Notes: generated from the sequence alone by a model not told the origin. A DNA stretch of 64,000 bases from Brumimicrobium sp. (GCA_965659845.1 CBFHXS010000001.1:12034-76033), one strand, 5' to 3'; positions 31,101-40,268 are shown, numbered from the stretch's first letter. Program-made: numbers and translations.

Positions 31101-32626
31101 TTCTTAAAAAATTGGAGCGAAAAGAACCACGGTTTGAAAAACAAAATGAGCGCATAGAAAACAAAGAAGAGCGTGAAGAAAAGTATCAAGAGAAATATGG
31201 TAAGCCTTTCCACCCAATAACTGGATTTATGGGGAGAATGCTAATGAGTGTTCGTACAATATCAGGAACATACACACTTAATGATGGTATGCTTCTACCT
31301 GGGTTTAATGGAGAGGCACAAGTCTTTGGAATGAACAGCAGAACATTTAGCGATGCTCAAGTAAGGAACTTTGCATTTGGACAGCAACAAAGAAATCTTT
31401 TTGGGAATCAAACAGGATTTGAGTTTGCTCCTTATGCTGGTGATCGAGGATTCGTTGTAGACACAAGTGCTCTCAACACTCAACATACCATACAGCATTC
31501 TCAAAACTACAATCTACGGGCGAGCTTAGAGCCTTTCAAAGATTTGAAAATAGACTTAACGATGAACAGGAACTTTACTGAGAATAGCGCAGAGTTCTAT
31601 CGATTCAATGATAGCATTCAAGGGTTCGAAAGCCAAAGTCAATTTGTTACAACGAACGTTACATATTCCACAATTTCAATACAGTCTGCGTTTGAAACGC
31701 TCGGAAGAAACTATAGCTCAGGAACTTTTGCCAAGCTAAGGGATACAAGAGATGAAGTTTCAACTTTTTTAGGTTTACAAAACCCGAATAGCATTACAGA
31801 TAGTGCTGGTTATTACGATGGGTATGGGCCTAGTCAACAAGACGTAATCATAGGAGCATTTTTAACTACATTCACTGGCAAAGATGTAGACGGACGAAGT
31901 ATATCTCCAACTCGCAATATACCTTTGCCTAACTGGCAAGTATCCTATAACGGTCTAACTAAGTTTAAGTTCTTTAAAGAATTCGTTCAAAACTTTACTG
32001 TTAGACATGGGTATCAATCCACCGTTACTGTTTCTGGAATGCAGACTAACCTTAATGCAGAAACGGACAACGACGGGTTCTTAACAGCCCGTGATATCAA
32101 TAATAATTATATCCCTACACAACAGGTTCAAAATATTACGATATCAGAACGTTTCTCTCCATTAATTGGATTTGATGCTACCTGGAAAATTGCGGGTAAC
32201 GGGTTACTTACTAAATTTGAAATTAGCAAAGAACGTTCATCATCACTTTCATTAGCGAACAATCAGTTAACAGAAGTTTTGGGTACAGAAATTGTTATTG
32301 GTGCCGGTTATAAATTCACGAACTTTAGAGTTCCTATGACGTTCCAGGGAACTAAGTTAAAACCCTCTGATTTAAACATTCGTTTTGATCTTTCAATTAG
32401 AGATAACTTAACCGTGATACGTAAGATTGTGGAAAACACAAATCAAGCAACAGCTGGACAACGTGTTTTATCTATTCGTTCTAGTGCAGATTACTTAGTA
32501 AGTAAAAACCTTACGTTTTCGCTTTACTACGATCAACAGTTAACGAATCCGAAGGTTGCAACCTCATACATTACAGGTAACACGGCTGCTGGGGTTAGAT
32601 TACGATTCAATCTAGGTGGTTTATAG
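25145..32626 (+). CDS. sprA: T9SS outer-membrane translocon SprA/Sov
   Basis: 2493 aa, IFG..I.IRP.GS, YVDDFEGSQ, DFRSIRFMRMF, WVNELRL. Follows maeB-ruvA as in other Flavobacteriia. Confidence 0.96.
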   Translation: MKEVLIYRRLAFCLTALLLLISSVAIGQEDPDSIDLQFPINNPYDPTGNTEQSFDLGDPSNVKKTIVYDPRTGKYIFKEVMGEDLNYRTPSMMTLEEYIEYEQQKEMQSYWKEKIDADTKEEQGLIPPIKIDSPGFANIFGSDEIQIRPEGSVELSLGVNSARYDNPMLPENQRRITRFDFQQRIQLNLVGQIGDKMKLGASYNTEAAFNFDNVTKLEWTGNEDQILQKIEAGNVSMPLETSLIEGSQTLFGVKTRMRFGRLTVDAIASTSRGQKKEINIKGGAQVQDFELKADEYEMNRHYFLNYYHRDHYDEAMESVPFVSSLVNITRIEVWVTNQTNRVEDTRNIVAFTDLGESDPANWSGNPGNPSNNELPDNSSNGLYEYASNNPSIRGFNNAVVELESQNATPGPFQQAVDFEKVENARKLSEQEFSYNAQLGFISVNLPLNNDEVLAIAYEYTYSGRTYQVGEFSTDGVVGQDALLLKLLKPTIISPKNQLWDLMMKNVYSIGAYQVSQEGFRLDILYNNPDNSLDVNFLPYPGMDDRQVIDVVGMDRLNQNNRAQQDGVFDFKPISFEGNMATNGGTINTRNGRIYFSTIEPFGETIRQEMLAAGLSNQIVDNVAYDELYDSTRIAAQQVPKKNRFYFNGRYESSVSDEIPLNALNVPEGSVVVTAGGIRLQEGTDFTVDYNLGRVKILNSAVLESNADIKISIESNSVFGFQNKSLMGTHLNYMINPDFNVGATWMRMTERPITQKVDIGDEPFKNNIVGFDLSYRTDVPFLTKLINLIPTISTKQMSTLTLNAEAAHLIPGAPRAISRKGISYVDDFEGSQSTIDLRNFSSWMLASIPQGQDDLFPEADLTNDLAAGFNRSHMSWYTIDPLFFQSNSLTPQYIAENPEFTEDVNVALVNRVDLFPNLNPALGTITNLPVFNMTYYPKERGMYNYDTTNTVNADGEFINPQERWNGIMRSLTTTNFEQTNVEYIQFWMLDPFNEDQEELDPNTTHSGGDLYFNLGNLSEDVLPDSRKSFENGLPSDFNDTENVDETNWARISTEQVVVNAFDNDPATRSEQDVGLDGYSDQREEEAYQNFVNWVNNNATLSQIAKDQILEDISGDNYNYYRDDQYDAEQVDIIRRYKFWNGHDGNSPTPETSASINAGGYPTQATNTPDMEDVNRDNNLSESESYYQYRVSLRPNDMQVGKNYIINTREYSKGTKEFKWYQFRIPVRSPDKVINGISDFRSIRFMRMFLKSFGEETTLRFAKLELIRGEWRKFRESLAQASDGQQADPDLTSFNIGAVNVEEHDQREPINYVIPPGILREVDPSQAFQRQLNEQSMTLEVCDLKDGDARGATRNVGMDMVMYKNLEMFIHAEELEPTKPLNDNDVTLFVRLGTDFRENYYEYEVPLKVTPWGASSDLEIWPEENNLRIVFDELIQLKKDRNSAMETPGSNVAFNIEFEKAVDHQPGDSDNNNVNHPQRVIKVKGNPNITEVKTVMIGVRNPSQNKAHPWQPDDGLDKCIQVWVNELRLTEFQNEGGSAALARAQIQVADFANIQVAGSYSGLNWGSIDSRVAERQRDSRLNLDVSANAQLGQLLGDRAKIDIPFLYTYSVGTINPRFDPYNPDVELSSYNAEERRERMRDGQDFTQRRSFNFTNVRKARKPGAKSHLWDISNLAFNYSYSEDLHRDFRTNYDRTTIWKGGVNYVYNGSPKLIEPFKKVKFMRKSNWWDLIRSTNFYLGPKNLSIKNNLIRNYNERQIRNNIPNTNFEFQPIYMKNFTWNRSFNFKYDITRNLKFDIAGNNTSIIDEPEGQVDRNESPELYQEYRDSVSSQIRSLGKTMRYDHSYNISYNIPFDKIPALDFLNSNIRYGSAYEWSRPNLGLEAFGNTIQNSRNVNFTAQMNMTNLYRKSELLQKIINDGRGGRRAGRRSVRGRVQGRGGNKKGNTKNDSHLAKKVKELEEKKAKLEAVDVEKLSPEELEEHEKELAKVLKKLERKEPRFEKQNERIENKEEREEKYQEKYGKPFHPITGFMGRMLMSVRTISGTYTLNDGMLLPGFNGEAQVFGMNSRTFSDAQVRNFAFGQQQRNLFGNQTGFEFAPYAGDRGFVVDTSALNTQHTIQHSQNYNLRASLEPFKDLKIDLTMNRNFTENSAEFYRFNDSIQGFESQSQFVTTNVTYSTISIQSAFETLGRNYSSGTFAKLRDTRDEVSTFLGLQNPNSITDSAGYYDGYGPSQQDVIIGAFLTTFTGKDVDGRSISPTRNIPLPNWQVSYNGLTKFKFFKEFVQNFTVRHGYQSTVTVSGMQTNLNAETDNDGFLTARDINNNYIPTQQVQNITISERFSPLIGFDATWKIAGNGLLTKFEISKERSSSLSLANNQLTEVLGTEIVIGAGYKFTNFRVPMTFQGTKLKPSDLNIRFDLSIRDNLTVIRKIVENTNQATAGQRVLSIRSSADYLVSKNLTFSLYYDQQLTNPKVATSYITGNTAAGVRLRFNLGGL

Positions 32627-32627
32627 T

Positions 32628-33083
32628 ATGAATAACAAGTTCAACATAAGAGAGGCTATGCCTGGTGATGAAAAAGCCATTATGGCCCTGATTCAGGAAT
32701 TAGCCGTCTATGAAAGAGAACCAGATGCTGTTATTAATACCCCGGAACAACTAAAAGTAGACCTGTTTGAAGATCCTATTTGCGAATGTCTCGTGGTAGA
32801 AATGGACGGTGTTGTGCGAGGAATGGCCCTTTACTATACATCTTATTCCACATGGAAAGGTAGGTGCTTATACCTCGAGGATCTCTATGTTCAACCTGAG
32901 TACCGAAGAGGTGGAGTTGGAAAAGCTTTGTTTGACTGTTTAATTGCACTTGCTAAAAAAAGAGGTGTAAAGAGAATGGACTGGCAGGTTCTGGAGTGGA
33001 ATGAGCCAGCAATATCTTTTTACAAGCGCATAGGGGCTACTTTAGATCCAGAATGGTTTAACGGACGTTTGTTCTTTGATTAA
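32628..33083 (+). CDS. GNAT N-acetyltransferase (diamine/thialysine acetyltransferase-like)
   Basis: LIQELAVYER, YSTWKGRCLYLEDLYV..YRRGGVG, WQVLEWNEPAISFY. ATG at 32628. Confidence 0.9.
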   Translation: MNNKFNIREAMPGDEKAIMALIQELAVYEREPDAVINTPEQLKVDLFEDPICECLVVEMDGVVRGMALYYTSYSTWKGRCLYLEDLYVQPEYRRGGVGKALFDCLIALAKKRGVKRMDWQVLEWNEPAISFYKRIGATLDPEWFNGRLFFD

Positions 33084-34795
33084 AAGAACTTCTTAATTTG
33101 CCTTACAAATCCTACTTCAAAGAATATTGCACCCTCTCTTCTGTCGTCGAATGAATCAGAGTCTTTGAATTTATTAATACCTGTTAGAGGATGATTGGGG
33201 TATATATTCGCATAAAAATCAAAGTTATGCTCTTTTACCCATGACAAGTGAAAACCTTTAATTCTGTAATATTTATTTAAATCCAACTTTAAGGTCGGGT
33301 CAAGATCATAGTACCACACTCTTGATTGCCCGTCATCATGATCAATCGCCTCTAAAAAGTTCTCAAAAATATACCCGATTTTTAGGTGGTGTCTTGCGTA
33401 ACTGTATCCATTAGTTTCCCATGAAAAACGGGCTCCAATGACCTGCTTTTTATATTTATATCTAGATCCTCCATTTCCATACTCTTCTGGGTTTATCCAT
33501 TCAAAAGCATAAAACCTTCTTGCCCCCCTATTAAAAGAGTAAAAGAATTTTGCATTTCTGTGACCAACAAAAACTTCACCTCCTAAGTAATGACTAAAAT
33601 TCGTTCTATCAAATATCAATGAAGTCCCTGGCTGCAAGCAAGCATACAAGTCAACACCTCCATAGTCATGCTCATACCCAAAGAAGGGTTTAAAGTCCAT
33701 ATTCAACGTTGTAGCCCGTCTATCATCATCTCTAGTTTTTGTAATATACTCGTTATATCCTGTATTATAATTGTAGATGTACGTTGTAATCTCAGAGTTA
33801 AACACTAGCGGTAACGATGATATGGAATACCCCATATTAATACCGAAATTGAACTGATTTCCAATATAGGTGTCGGATGCGTTTACATTACCCATGTCTT
33901 GATATAGAACCATCCCAATCGCTACAAATGCACCCATATTTGCCGCAGCCATGGCGCTCGCTTGCTGCACATTTCGTTGTGTTTGCTCAGCAATACGTTG
34001 GTCATATTCTCTCTTTTTTCTTTGATTTTCCTCTCTTCTTTGCTGCTCTCTCCTTGCAGCTTCTTGCTCATTACTTTTCGTATTATTACTTTTATTTGAT
34101 CCTGTTTGTCTAGAGGTTCCTGCTGTTCCTCTCAACACCTTTTGACTCTTATAGGCCGCTCTATCTTTTTCCCTTTGGCACAAAGGCTCTAGCCTTGCTA
34201 TCTCTTTCCTATATAAGTCTGCCTGACCTTGATATTGTGCGCTCCTTAAGTTTGCTCGTGCCTCCTCAAGGTATTGACAAGAGGACTTATAGGTTTTCAC
34301 TTCGTCTTCCTCCTCTTCCTCACTTTCCTCCTCTTCTTCGTCATTGTCTTCATCCTCTTCGTCAGAGTCAGATGAACAACCGGGAAAAGACAACCCACTC
34401 AATTGAGCATTTTTAATGGTAAATCCTTTTTTGTAAAGGTCCTTAGCTTGTTCAGCATTTAGTCCTGGAAACGCGGCGCTCCAATCGGGGCTTCCAGAAA
34501 TATCCATTGAAATTAAATTAGAAAATGTTTTCGTAGAAACTTTGCTGCTTCCGTCGTATATATCTACAGTAACATTTAACACCCCTGGGTCACAACCTTC
34601 ATAACTATCTACTTTTGCTACTGCTTTTATTAGAAGCTCACCCATCATATGATCAAATGAACACCTAAACATTACCTTTCCTGAATTGTCTCCCTCGTCA
34701 TATAAAATAGTTGTCTCATATTTTTGTTGTCCAAATGATGAGTTAAAAGAAATAATTGATGTAAAAATAAAAAAGAAAAGTAGTAGATGTCTCAT
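33080..34795 (-). CDS. Hypothetical exported modular protein (N-domain, acidic linker, coiled coil, probable C-terminal beta-barrel)
   Basis: Signal peptide from ATG 34795, poly-D/E tract, Q/E/R helix, aromatic-rich beta region ending FFEVGFVRQIKKFF. TATTTTTG element at 34819-34826. Confidence 0.75.
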   Translation of the reverse strand: MRHLLLFFFIFTSIISFNSSFGQQKYETTILYDEGDNSGKVMFRCSFDHMMGELLIKAVAKVDSYEGCDPGVLNVTVDIYDGSSKVSTKTFSNLISMDISGSPDWSAAFPGLNAEQAKDLYKKGFTIKNAQLSGLSFPGCSSDSDEEDEDNDEEEEESEEEEEDEVKTYKSSCQYLEEARANLRSAQYQGQADLYRKEIARLEPLCQREKDRAAYKSQKVLRGTAGTSRQTGSNKSNNTKSNEQEAARREQQRREENQRKKREYDQRIAEQTQRNVQQASAMAAANMGAFVAIGMVLYQDMGNVNASDTYIGNQFNFGINMGYSISSLPLVFNSEITTYIYNYNTGYNEYITKTRDDDRRATTLNMDFKPFFGYEHDYGGVDLYACLQPGTSLIFDRTNFSHYLGGEVFVGHRNAKFFYSFNRGARRFYAFEWINPEEYGNGGSRYKYKKQVIGARFSWETNGYSYARHHLKIGYIFENFLEAIDHDDGQSRVWYYDLDPTLKLDLNKYYRIKGFHLSWVKEHNFDFYANIYPNHPLTGINKFKDSDSFDDRREGAIFFEVGFVRQIKKFF

Positions 34796-34864
34796 CTTAA
34801 AAAAGTATAAAATTTTTACAAAAATATAGAATGTTAGCAATCAGAACTATACAAACGGAAGAAA

Positions 34865-36229
34865 TCATCCAAACAATTCCCGAAGCACCTCCTCTATTCT
34901 CGAGCATTCCACTACCTCAATGTTAAACTGCGATTGCTTAATTCCCTTATTTTCTTTAGAAATTATGATCTTATCAAAGCCCAACTTTTCAGCCTCAGAA
35001 ACACGTTGATCGACTCTATTCACCGGACGAACCTCTCCTGATAAACCAACCTCTGCTGACAAACAAATATTTTTATTGATCGCTATGTCTGCATTTGAAG
35101 ATAAGATTGCGGCAACTACTGCTAAGTCGATTGCTGGGTCATCTACTTTAATTCCTCCAGCAATGTTCAAGAAAACATCTTTGGCTCCAAGTTTGAATCC
35201 ACAACGCTTTTCCATGACTGCAAGAAGCATGTTTAATCTTCGTAAATCAAATCCAGTTGCGCTTCTTTGAGGCGTTCCATAAGCCGCTGAACTTACAAGG
35301 GCCTGAACCTCGATTAACATTGGCCTTAAACCTTCAAGTGTTGCTGCTATAGCACTTCCGCTGAGCTGATCCTTATTATTAGAAATCAATATTTCCGAAG
35401 GGTTCTCGACTTGGCGTAAACCATTCCCTAACATTTCATAAATGCCCAACTCATTTGTTGATCCAAATCTATTCTTAATTGACCTTAAGAGTCTGTAAAC
35501 ATGGTTTCGATCACCCTCAAACTGAAGTACTGCGTCTACCATGTGTTCCAAAACTTTTGGTCCCGCCAGAGAACCTTCCTTTGTAATATGACCTATGAGG
35601 AATACGGGGGTTTCTGTTTGTTTTGAAAATCGCAAAAGTTGGGCCGTACATTCACGTATTTGAGAAATACTTCCCGGTGAACTTTCAATATTTTCACTAT
35701 GTATAGTCTGTATAGAGTCTATCACCAAAAGATCAGGCTGCATCTGCTCTGCATGATTAAAAATAGACTCAAGCTGAGTTTCTGTCAATAAAAAACAGGA
35801 TTCATTTAAATCTCCTATTCTACTTGCGCGCATTTTTATCTGCTGTTCGCTCTCCTCGCCTGACACATAAAGAATTTCCTGACCTGTTTCTTGCATAGCC
35901 ATTTGCAGCATCAATGTCGACTTACCAATGCCGGGTTCACCTCCGAAAAGTGTTAATGACCCTGGAACTAAACCGCCACCTAGTACACGGTTAAGCTCCT
36001 TATCTTTCAGCTGTATACGTTGCACAGGAATCTCCTTGATCGTATGGATCGCTTGAGGCTTTGACGTTCGTTTTGAGTTTTTAGAAAATGCTGTTACCTC
36101 ATTCTTCCCTTTGCTAATAACCTCTTCAACGAAAGTGTTCCACTCATTGCATGCCGGACATCTGCCTAACCATTTTGGAGCTTCATGCCCGCAACTTTGA
36201 CAGAAATATGCTGTTTTTACTTTTGCCAT
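34865..36229 (-). CDS. radA: DNA repair protein RadA/Sms
   Basis: C4 zinc finger, GEPGIGKST, KNRFG motif, Lon-like C-terminus. Confidence 0.98.
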   Translation of the reverse strand: MAKVKTAYFCQSCGHEAPKWLGRCPACNEWNTFVEEVISKGKNEVTAFSKNSKRTSKPQAIHTIKEIPVQRIQLKDKELNRVLGGGLVPGSLTLFGGEPGIGKSTLMLQMAMQETGQEILYVSGEESEQQIKMRASRIGDLNESCFLLTETQLESIFNHAEQMQPDLLVIDSIQTIHSENIESSPGSISQIRECTAQLLRFSKQTETPVFLIGHITKEGSLAGPKVLEHMVDAVLQFEGDRNHVYRLLRSIKNRFGSTNELGIYEMLGNGLRQVENPSEILISNNKDQLSGSAIAATLEGLRPMLIEVQALVSSAAYGTPQRSATGFDLRRLNMLLAVMEKRCGFKLGAKDVFLNIAGGIKVDDPAIDLAVVAAILSSNADIAINKNICLSAEVGLSGEVRPVNRVDQRVSEAEKLGFDKIIISKENKGIKQSQFNIEVVECSRIEEVLRELFG

Positions 36230-36230
36230 G

Positions 36231-36815
36231 CTACTTTGATAAAAATTTTCTAAGCTTTGCTATTGCTCTGCTTCTGTGACTCATTTCATTTTTCTCTTCA
36301 ATTGACATCTGTGCAAACGACCTAGTTTCATTTTCAGGTATAAATATCGGATCGTATCCAAACCCCTCAACACCCTGCCTTTCATTAGCTATGTGACCCG
36401 AAACACTGCCTTCAAAAGTATGTTCTTTCCCATCTAGAATTAAAGCGATCACCGTTCGGAACTGAGCCGATCTATTTTTGGTAGTTTCTAACTTTTCTAA
36501 TAGCAAATCCATGTTGTCATTACTGTTCTTATCAGGTCCTGCAAACCTTGCGCTATAGACACCCGGAGCTCCGTTTAAAGCATTTACTTCCAAGCCCGTA
36601 TCGTCTGCAAAACAATCAACATTAAAGTGCTCCTTAACGTAACGCGCTTTCTGTAAAGCATTTCCTTCGAGTGTTGGTTGATCTTCAGGAATATCATCAA
36701 TGCAGCCAATATCTGCCAAGGTTTTTACCGAAATAATATCAGGCAATAACCCCTGTATCTCCTTTGCTTTATTCGGGTTTTGAGTTGCAAAAACAAGTGT
36801 TTTTTTATTGGTCAT
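36231..36815 (-). CDS. rdgB: Non-canonical purine NTP pyrophosphatase
   Basis: FATQNPNK, ADDTGL, GAPGVYSARFAG, GFGYDPIF, KN..SHR. Confidence 0.96.
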   Translation of the reverse strand: MTNKKTLVFATQNPNKAKEIQGLLPDIISVKTLADIGCIDDIPEDQPTLEGNALQKARYVKEHFNVDCFADDTGLEVNALNGAPGVYSARFAGPDKNSNDNMDLLLEKLETTKNRSAQFRTVIALILDGKEHTFEGSVSGHIANERQGVEGFGYDPIFIPENETRSFAQMSIEEKNEMSHRSRAIAKLRKFLSK

Positions 36816-36934
36816 TTTTCTGTTTTCTATATAAAAGTAAAGGTAATGAATTTAGTTCTATCGTTTTTACGTATTTGAACAGTGTGGTCTCATTTTTGTA
36901 TATTTGATAGAACTTCAAATGAATAGGTCATAAA

Positions 36935-37324
36935 GTGAATTCTTTTTTTTCAATACTGATATTTTCTCTTACTTGGTTGACTCCTAATGCCGACCCAGAA
37001 AACACTTCATATTGGGAAAGTAAAGGACGTGAACTACAGCTTGTCCAAATTATTCATACTCCTGACGACCAAGGAAGAGACGTACTACACATCAATATGT
37101 TTCTGTCCTCAAGCTGTACAACGGAAATATATTATGCCATGCCTTTAAAAGAAAACGACGTCTATGTTCTAACTGATACATTTGGCAAGGTTATAGAGTC
37201 CCAAATTCATATCTGTGTTAAGAATCAAAAGAAACTAGAGCTTAGAGGTCGAAACTTCAAGAAGATATCTAAAGACAAATATTTTTCCGAAATGAAGGTG
37301 TTTGAAAAGAGACTAAATAAATAG
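36935..37324 (+). CDS. Hypothetical exported protein
   Basis: 129-aa ORF with signal-like N-terminus; TATATTTG element at 36899-36906. Confidence 0.65.
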   Translation: MNSFFSILIFSLTWLTPNADPENTSYWESKGRELQLVQIIHTPDDQGRDVLHINMFLSSSCTTEIYYAMPLKENDVYVLTDTFGKVIESQIHICVKNQKKLELRGRNFKKISKDKYFSEMKVFEKRLNK

Positions 37325-37335
37325 TTCTATTGGTT

Positions 37336-38949
37336 TTATTTCACTTTTCCCTCTGAATCAACTTTATATATTCTTCCGTGCTTTAGGTTTTTAATTGAGA
37401 TCCAATTACCATCACCAAAGTTAACCTGAACCTCATTTAAACTCTTCTCATTACCTAAACCAAAATATAGTGTTTTCGTTCCTTGTGATGCGTGCCCACT
37501 TGCACCATCGACTTCTCGAATACTTCTCTTTCCGTTTTGGAAAAAGACTACCCTTGCGCCAATGGCAGAGCGGTTAAATGGGTGTTTTCCCTCTAGTTTT
37601 ATACCTACATAGTTGCCAGCCTCAGAATCATTTTGATACGCCTTTATCTTTTGCTCTCTTCCTGCAAAAGCAGCCCAAGGCAACTTCACAACAGATGAAA
37701 TAATATCTAAATCTCCATCATTATCAAAATCAAACACCACCGCGCCTCTATGGGATAAAACATCGCTCACACCTGACTCAATAGCTTTATCAAAAAACTC
37801 TCCTTCCTCATTTACGAATAATTTATTCCCATCACTTATTGCGGCAGGAGGAACTAATGTCGCCACATTTCCTTTGGAAATATATAAATCCTGATCTCCA
37901 TCGAACTCAAGGTCAAAAAATAACCCGCTCCAACTTGTTCCATAGATACTATCATACACAAAAGGTATGTCTAGTCTTAATTCCTTAGCGCTTTCAGCAA
38001 AGGCAGAGTCTTCATATGTGAATAGATAGTTCCTCCCTATGTTTGTTACGTAGTAATCTAACTGACCATTATTATCATAGTCACCCTGACCAATGCCCAT
38101 ACCGTATATCTCTTGATTAAACCCAGTTGTTTTTGAAATATTAGTGAACGACTCGTCTGGATAGTTATTTCTATAAACCTTGTTCCCCTCATTGGTCCAT
38201 TCACCGAAATCATTCAAGAGTATTAGGTCTAAATCATTATCATTGTCAAAATCTGTTAAGCTTACCGCGAGCCCACACCCTTCATTGTTCACTCCATACT
38301 TTTCTGTTTGTTCCACAAAGTGTTTGCCTTCAATGTTGATCAGTAACTTATTTTCGTAACACGTAGGATTATAACCGATGGGTTTTCCTTTTTCATCATG
38401 CAGTCCACTCATCATTTTCACATAGTTCGCAACATACAGATCTACAAAGCCATCATTATTAATGTCTCCCCAACAAGCAGCGGCATAGTTCTCAGCAGGT
38501 AAGATTGAGTCTAGATATATTGGGTCAAACCTCTCTCCCTTTATATTATGTAATAGAACAGGGGCTTTTTTATCTCCCTGACCAAAACCGTTTCCAAAGT
38601 TTGCTACAAAGAAATCTTCAAAACCGTCGTTATCATAATCCGCTGAAACTGCCCCTTGAATAAAATAACCATACAGGGCATCCAGGCCATATTCATCAGT
38701 CGCATCGTAAAACACACCCTGATTGTTCACCCATAGCTTAGAATCAAAGACTCCTCCAGATTGGTATAGATCTTCCCAACCATCATTGTTAACATCAATG
38801 ACCATCAAGCCTCCTCCAGCAAGCTGGAAGTCGTTTCCAGGATAAATATAGTTTAGACCTATACTGTCACTTACTTCAGAAAACAACTTTTGTGAGTTCG
38901 CGTAAAAACAACTCAATAATAAAGTAAGAAAGAGTATTATTCTCTGCAT
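37336..38949 (-). CDS. CRTAC1/ASPIC-UnbV family protein (FG-GAP beta-propeller plus UnbV domain)
   Basis: Signal peptide, seven D-x-[DN]-x-D-G-x-x-D-like repeats, C-terminal NRSAIGARV...SGHASQ...LYFGLG. Confidence 0.9.
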   Translation of the reverse strand: MQRIILFLTLLLSCFYANSQKLFSEVSDSIGLNYIYPGNDFQLAGGGLMVIDVNNDGWEDLYQSGGVFDSKLWVNNQGVFYDATDEYGLDALYGYFIQGAVSADYDNDGFEDFFVANFGNGFGQGDKKAPVLLHNIKGERFDPIYLDSILPAENYAAACWGDINNDGFVDLYVANYVKMMSGLHDEKGKPIGYNPTCYENKLLINIEGKHFVEQTEKYGVNNEGCGLAVSLTDFDNDNDLDLILLNDFGEWTNEGNKVYRNNYPDESFTNISKTTGFNQEIYGMGIGQGDYDNNGQLDYYVTNIGRNYLFTYEDSAFAESAKELRLDIPFVYDSIYGTSWSGLFFDLEFDGDQDLYISKGNVATLVPPAAISDGNKLFVNEEGEFFDKAIESGVSDVLSHRGAVVFDFDNDGDLDIISSVVKLPWAAFAGREQKIKAYQNDSEAGNYVGIKLEGKHPFNRSAIGARVVFFQNGKRSIREVDGASGHASQGTKTLYFGLGNEKSLNEVQVNFGDGNWISIKNLKHGRIYKVDSEGKVK

Positions 38950-40268
38950 TTTAGCACTGTTGAAACATATCTACCAATTTTCCTGCCGTAAGACAAACTA
39001 ATATCAAGGGTTTTTCGAAAATGAATTCCTCCATAAAAACGAGATATTGAAATCTCCTCCGACATTTCGGTAAATGACTCATAAGTTCTAGGGCTTCCAT
39101 CAATATCTTTTCTTGGACTGTTTGTGTAATCCGTAAAAGTGATAGTGTCTCCAAATATAGACTTCATTATTTCTGAGGCTGCTCCACTTTGGAATGAATG
39201 ACCTGATGGAAACTCGGGAAAAGGAGGGCTTGCTAACCTAGAGTTAAAATTTGGATCAATGTAGCGTTGAATATATGTGATTGGGCGGATGAAATTAAAC
39301 TTATACTTCAATCCAAAAGAAGAAATAAAAGCTTCATTCACAGCCACGCCAAGTTTCACGTATAACTCTAGTGCTTTATCCAAAGTAATATTTTGTTGAG
39401 TCGCAACGTGCTGAGCAATTGTAAAAAAATGGCCAGAAGGAGTTCCCGAGTATCCTGCTGCATCGTTCCAATACTCTGCAATGATCTCGTATTCTGTATC
39501 CTCCTTTTTACTGTTCTCTAGTACGCTCAATGCTTCATTGTACATCTCTGTTTCTGGAACAGTGTCAAAAGGAAATATCTCAAGGTCAGCCGCAACATTT
39601 TGGCTGCCAACCAGCATTGGTCGGTTAGCACCCCAAAAAGGAACTTGTGCAGTTAAATATCCAGGAAATGTTCTTGACCAGCAAGAGATACACGTCTCAG
39701 GCTCGAAGTCTGGTGGGTAATTACGCTCAAACCCGTCATCCGCACCATCTTTTTTTGACCAAGCAATAATCGCTTCGGCCATAGTCTTTGCATATTTTTT
39801 TGATCTTTCTATACTTCTTTTCTTTTCATGCGCTGAAAACTCAAGGTATATTGAGTCATGCAATGCTGACAAGTGTTTCTTATTCGAAGGAGGCATCGCT
39901 CGATAGAAATAACTCAATAACTGGTAATTCGTTTCGTTCGCAACAATCATCCAGTTGATTTTTCTTGCCTTAATCTCAGGACGAACGTATTCATTCAGTT
40001 GACCCTCTAGTGTTTGCAGTTCATCAATTTGATCGACCATGGACTCGTACATGCCAACAGTAATGTAGCCGTACGCCCTTCCACTTATTGCCGCAGTAAA
40101 ACCCACTGTATTCTGTGTTAGAAAAAAGGCTTCTTTTAGATATGCATGTTCAATTGACAGACAGTTCTCTCTTATTTTTCCTTCATCAGAAATGTTTGTC
40201 AACCCAAAAGAGTTGATGCATAATAACATACTGATTAGAAGTATAAAACATCTTGATTTTGATAACAT
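38937..40268 (-). CDS. Secreted vanadium-dependent haloperoxidase (PAP2 superfamily)
   Basis: K-x6-RP (KYKFNFIRP), PPFPEFPSGHS, SR-x5-H (SRFYGGIHF), YWND..TPSGH. Signal peptide from ATG 40268. Confidence 0.85.
   Translation of the reverse strand: MLSKSRCFILLISMLLCINSFGLTNISDEGKIRENCLSIEHAYLKEAFFLTQNTVGFTAAISGRAYGYITVGMYESMVDQIDELQTLEGQLNEYVRPEIKARKINWMIVANETNYQLLSYFYRAMPPSNKKHLSALHDSIYLEFSAHEKKRSIERSKKYAKTMAEAIIAWSKKDGADDGFERNYPPDFEPETCISCWSRTFPGYLTAQVPFWGANRPMLVGSQNVAADLEIFPFDTVPETEMYNEALSVLENSKKEDTEYEIIAEYWNDAAGYSGTPSGHFFTIAQHVATQQNITLDKALELYVKLGVAVNEAFISSFGLKYKFNFIRPITYIQRYIDPNFNSRLASPPFPEFPSGHSFQSGAASEIMKSIFGDTITFTDYTNSPRKDIDGSPRTYESFTEMSEEISISRFYGGIHFRKTLDISLSYGRKIGRYVSTVLKCRE

Noticed and set aside
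34301-34370. TCC/TTC-rich low-complexity DNA (also 56300-57100)
   Set aside because: Codon consequence of Glu/Asp/Lys-rich protein segments, not a tandem repeat or phase-variable tract.
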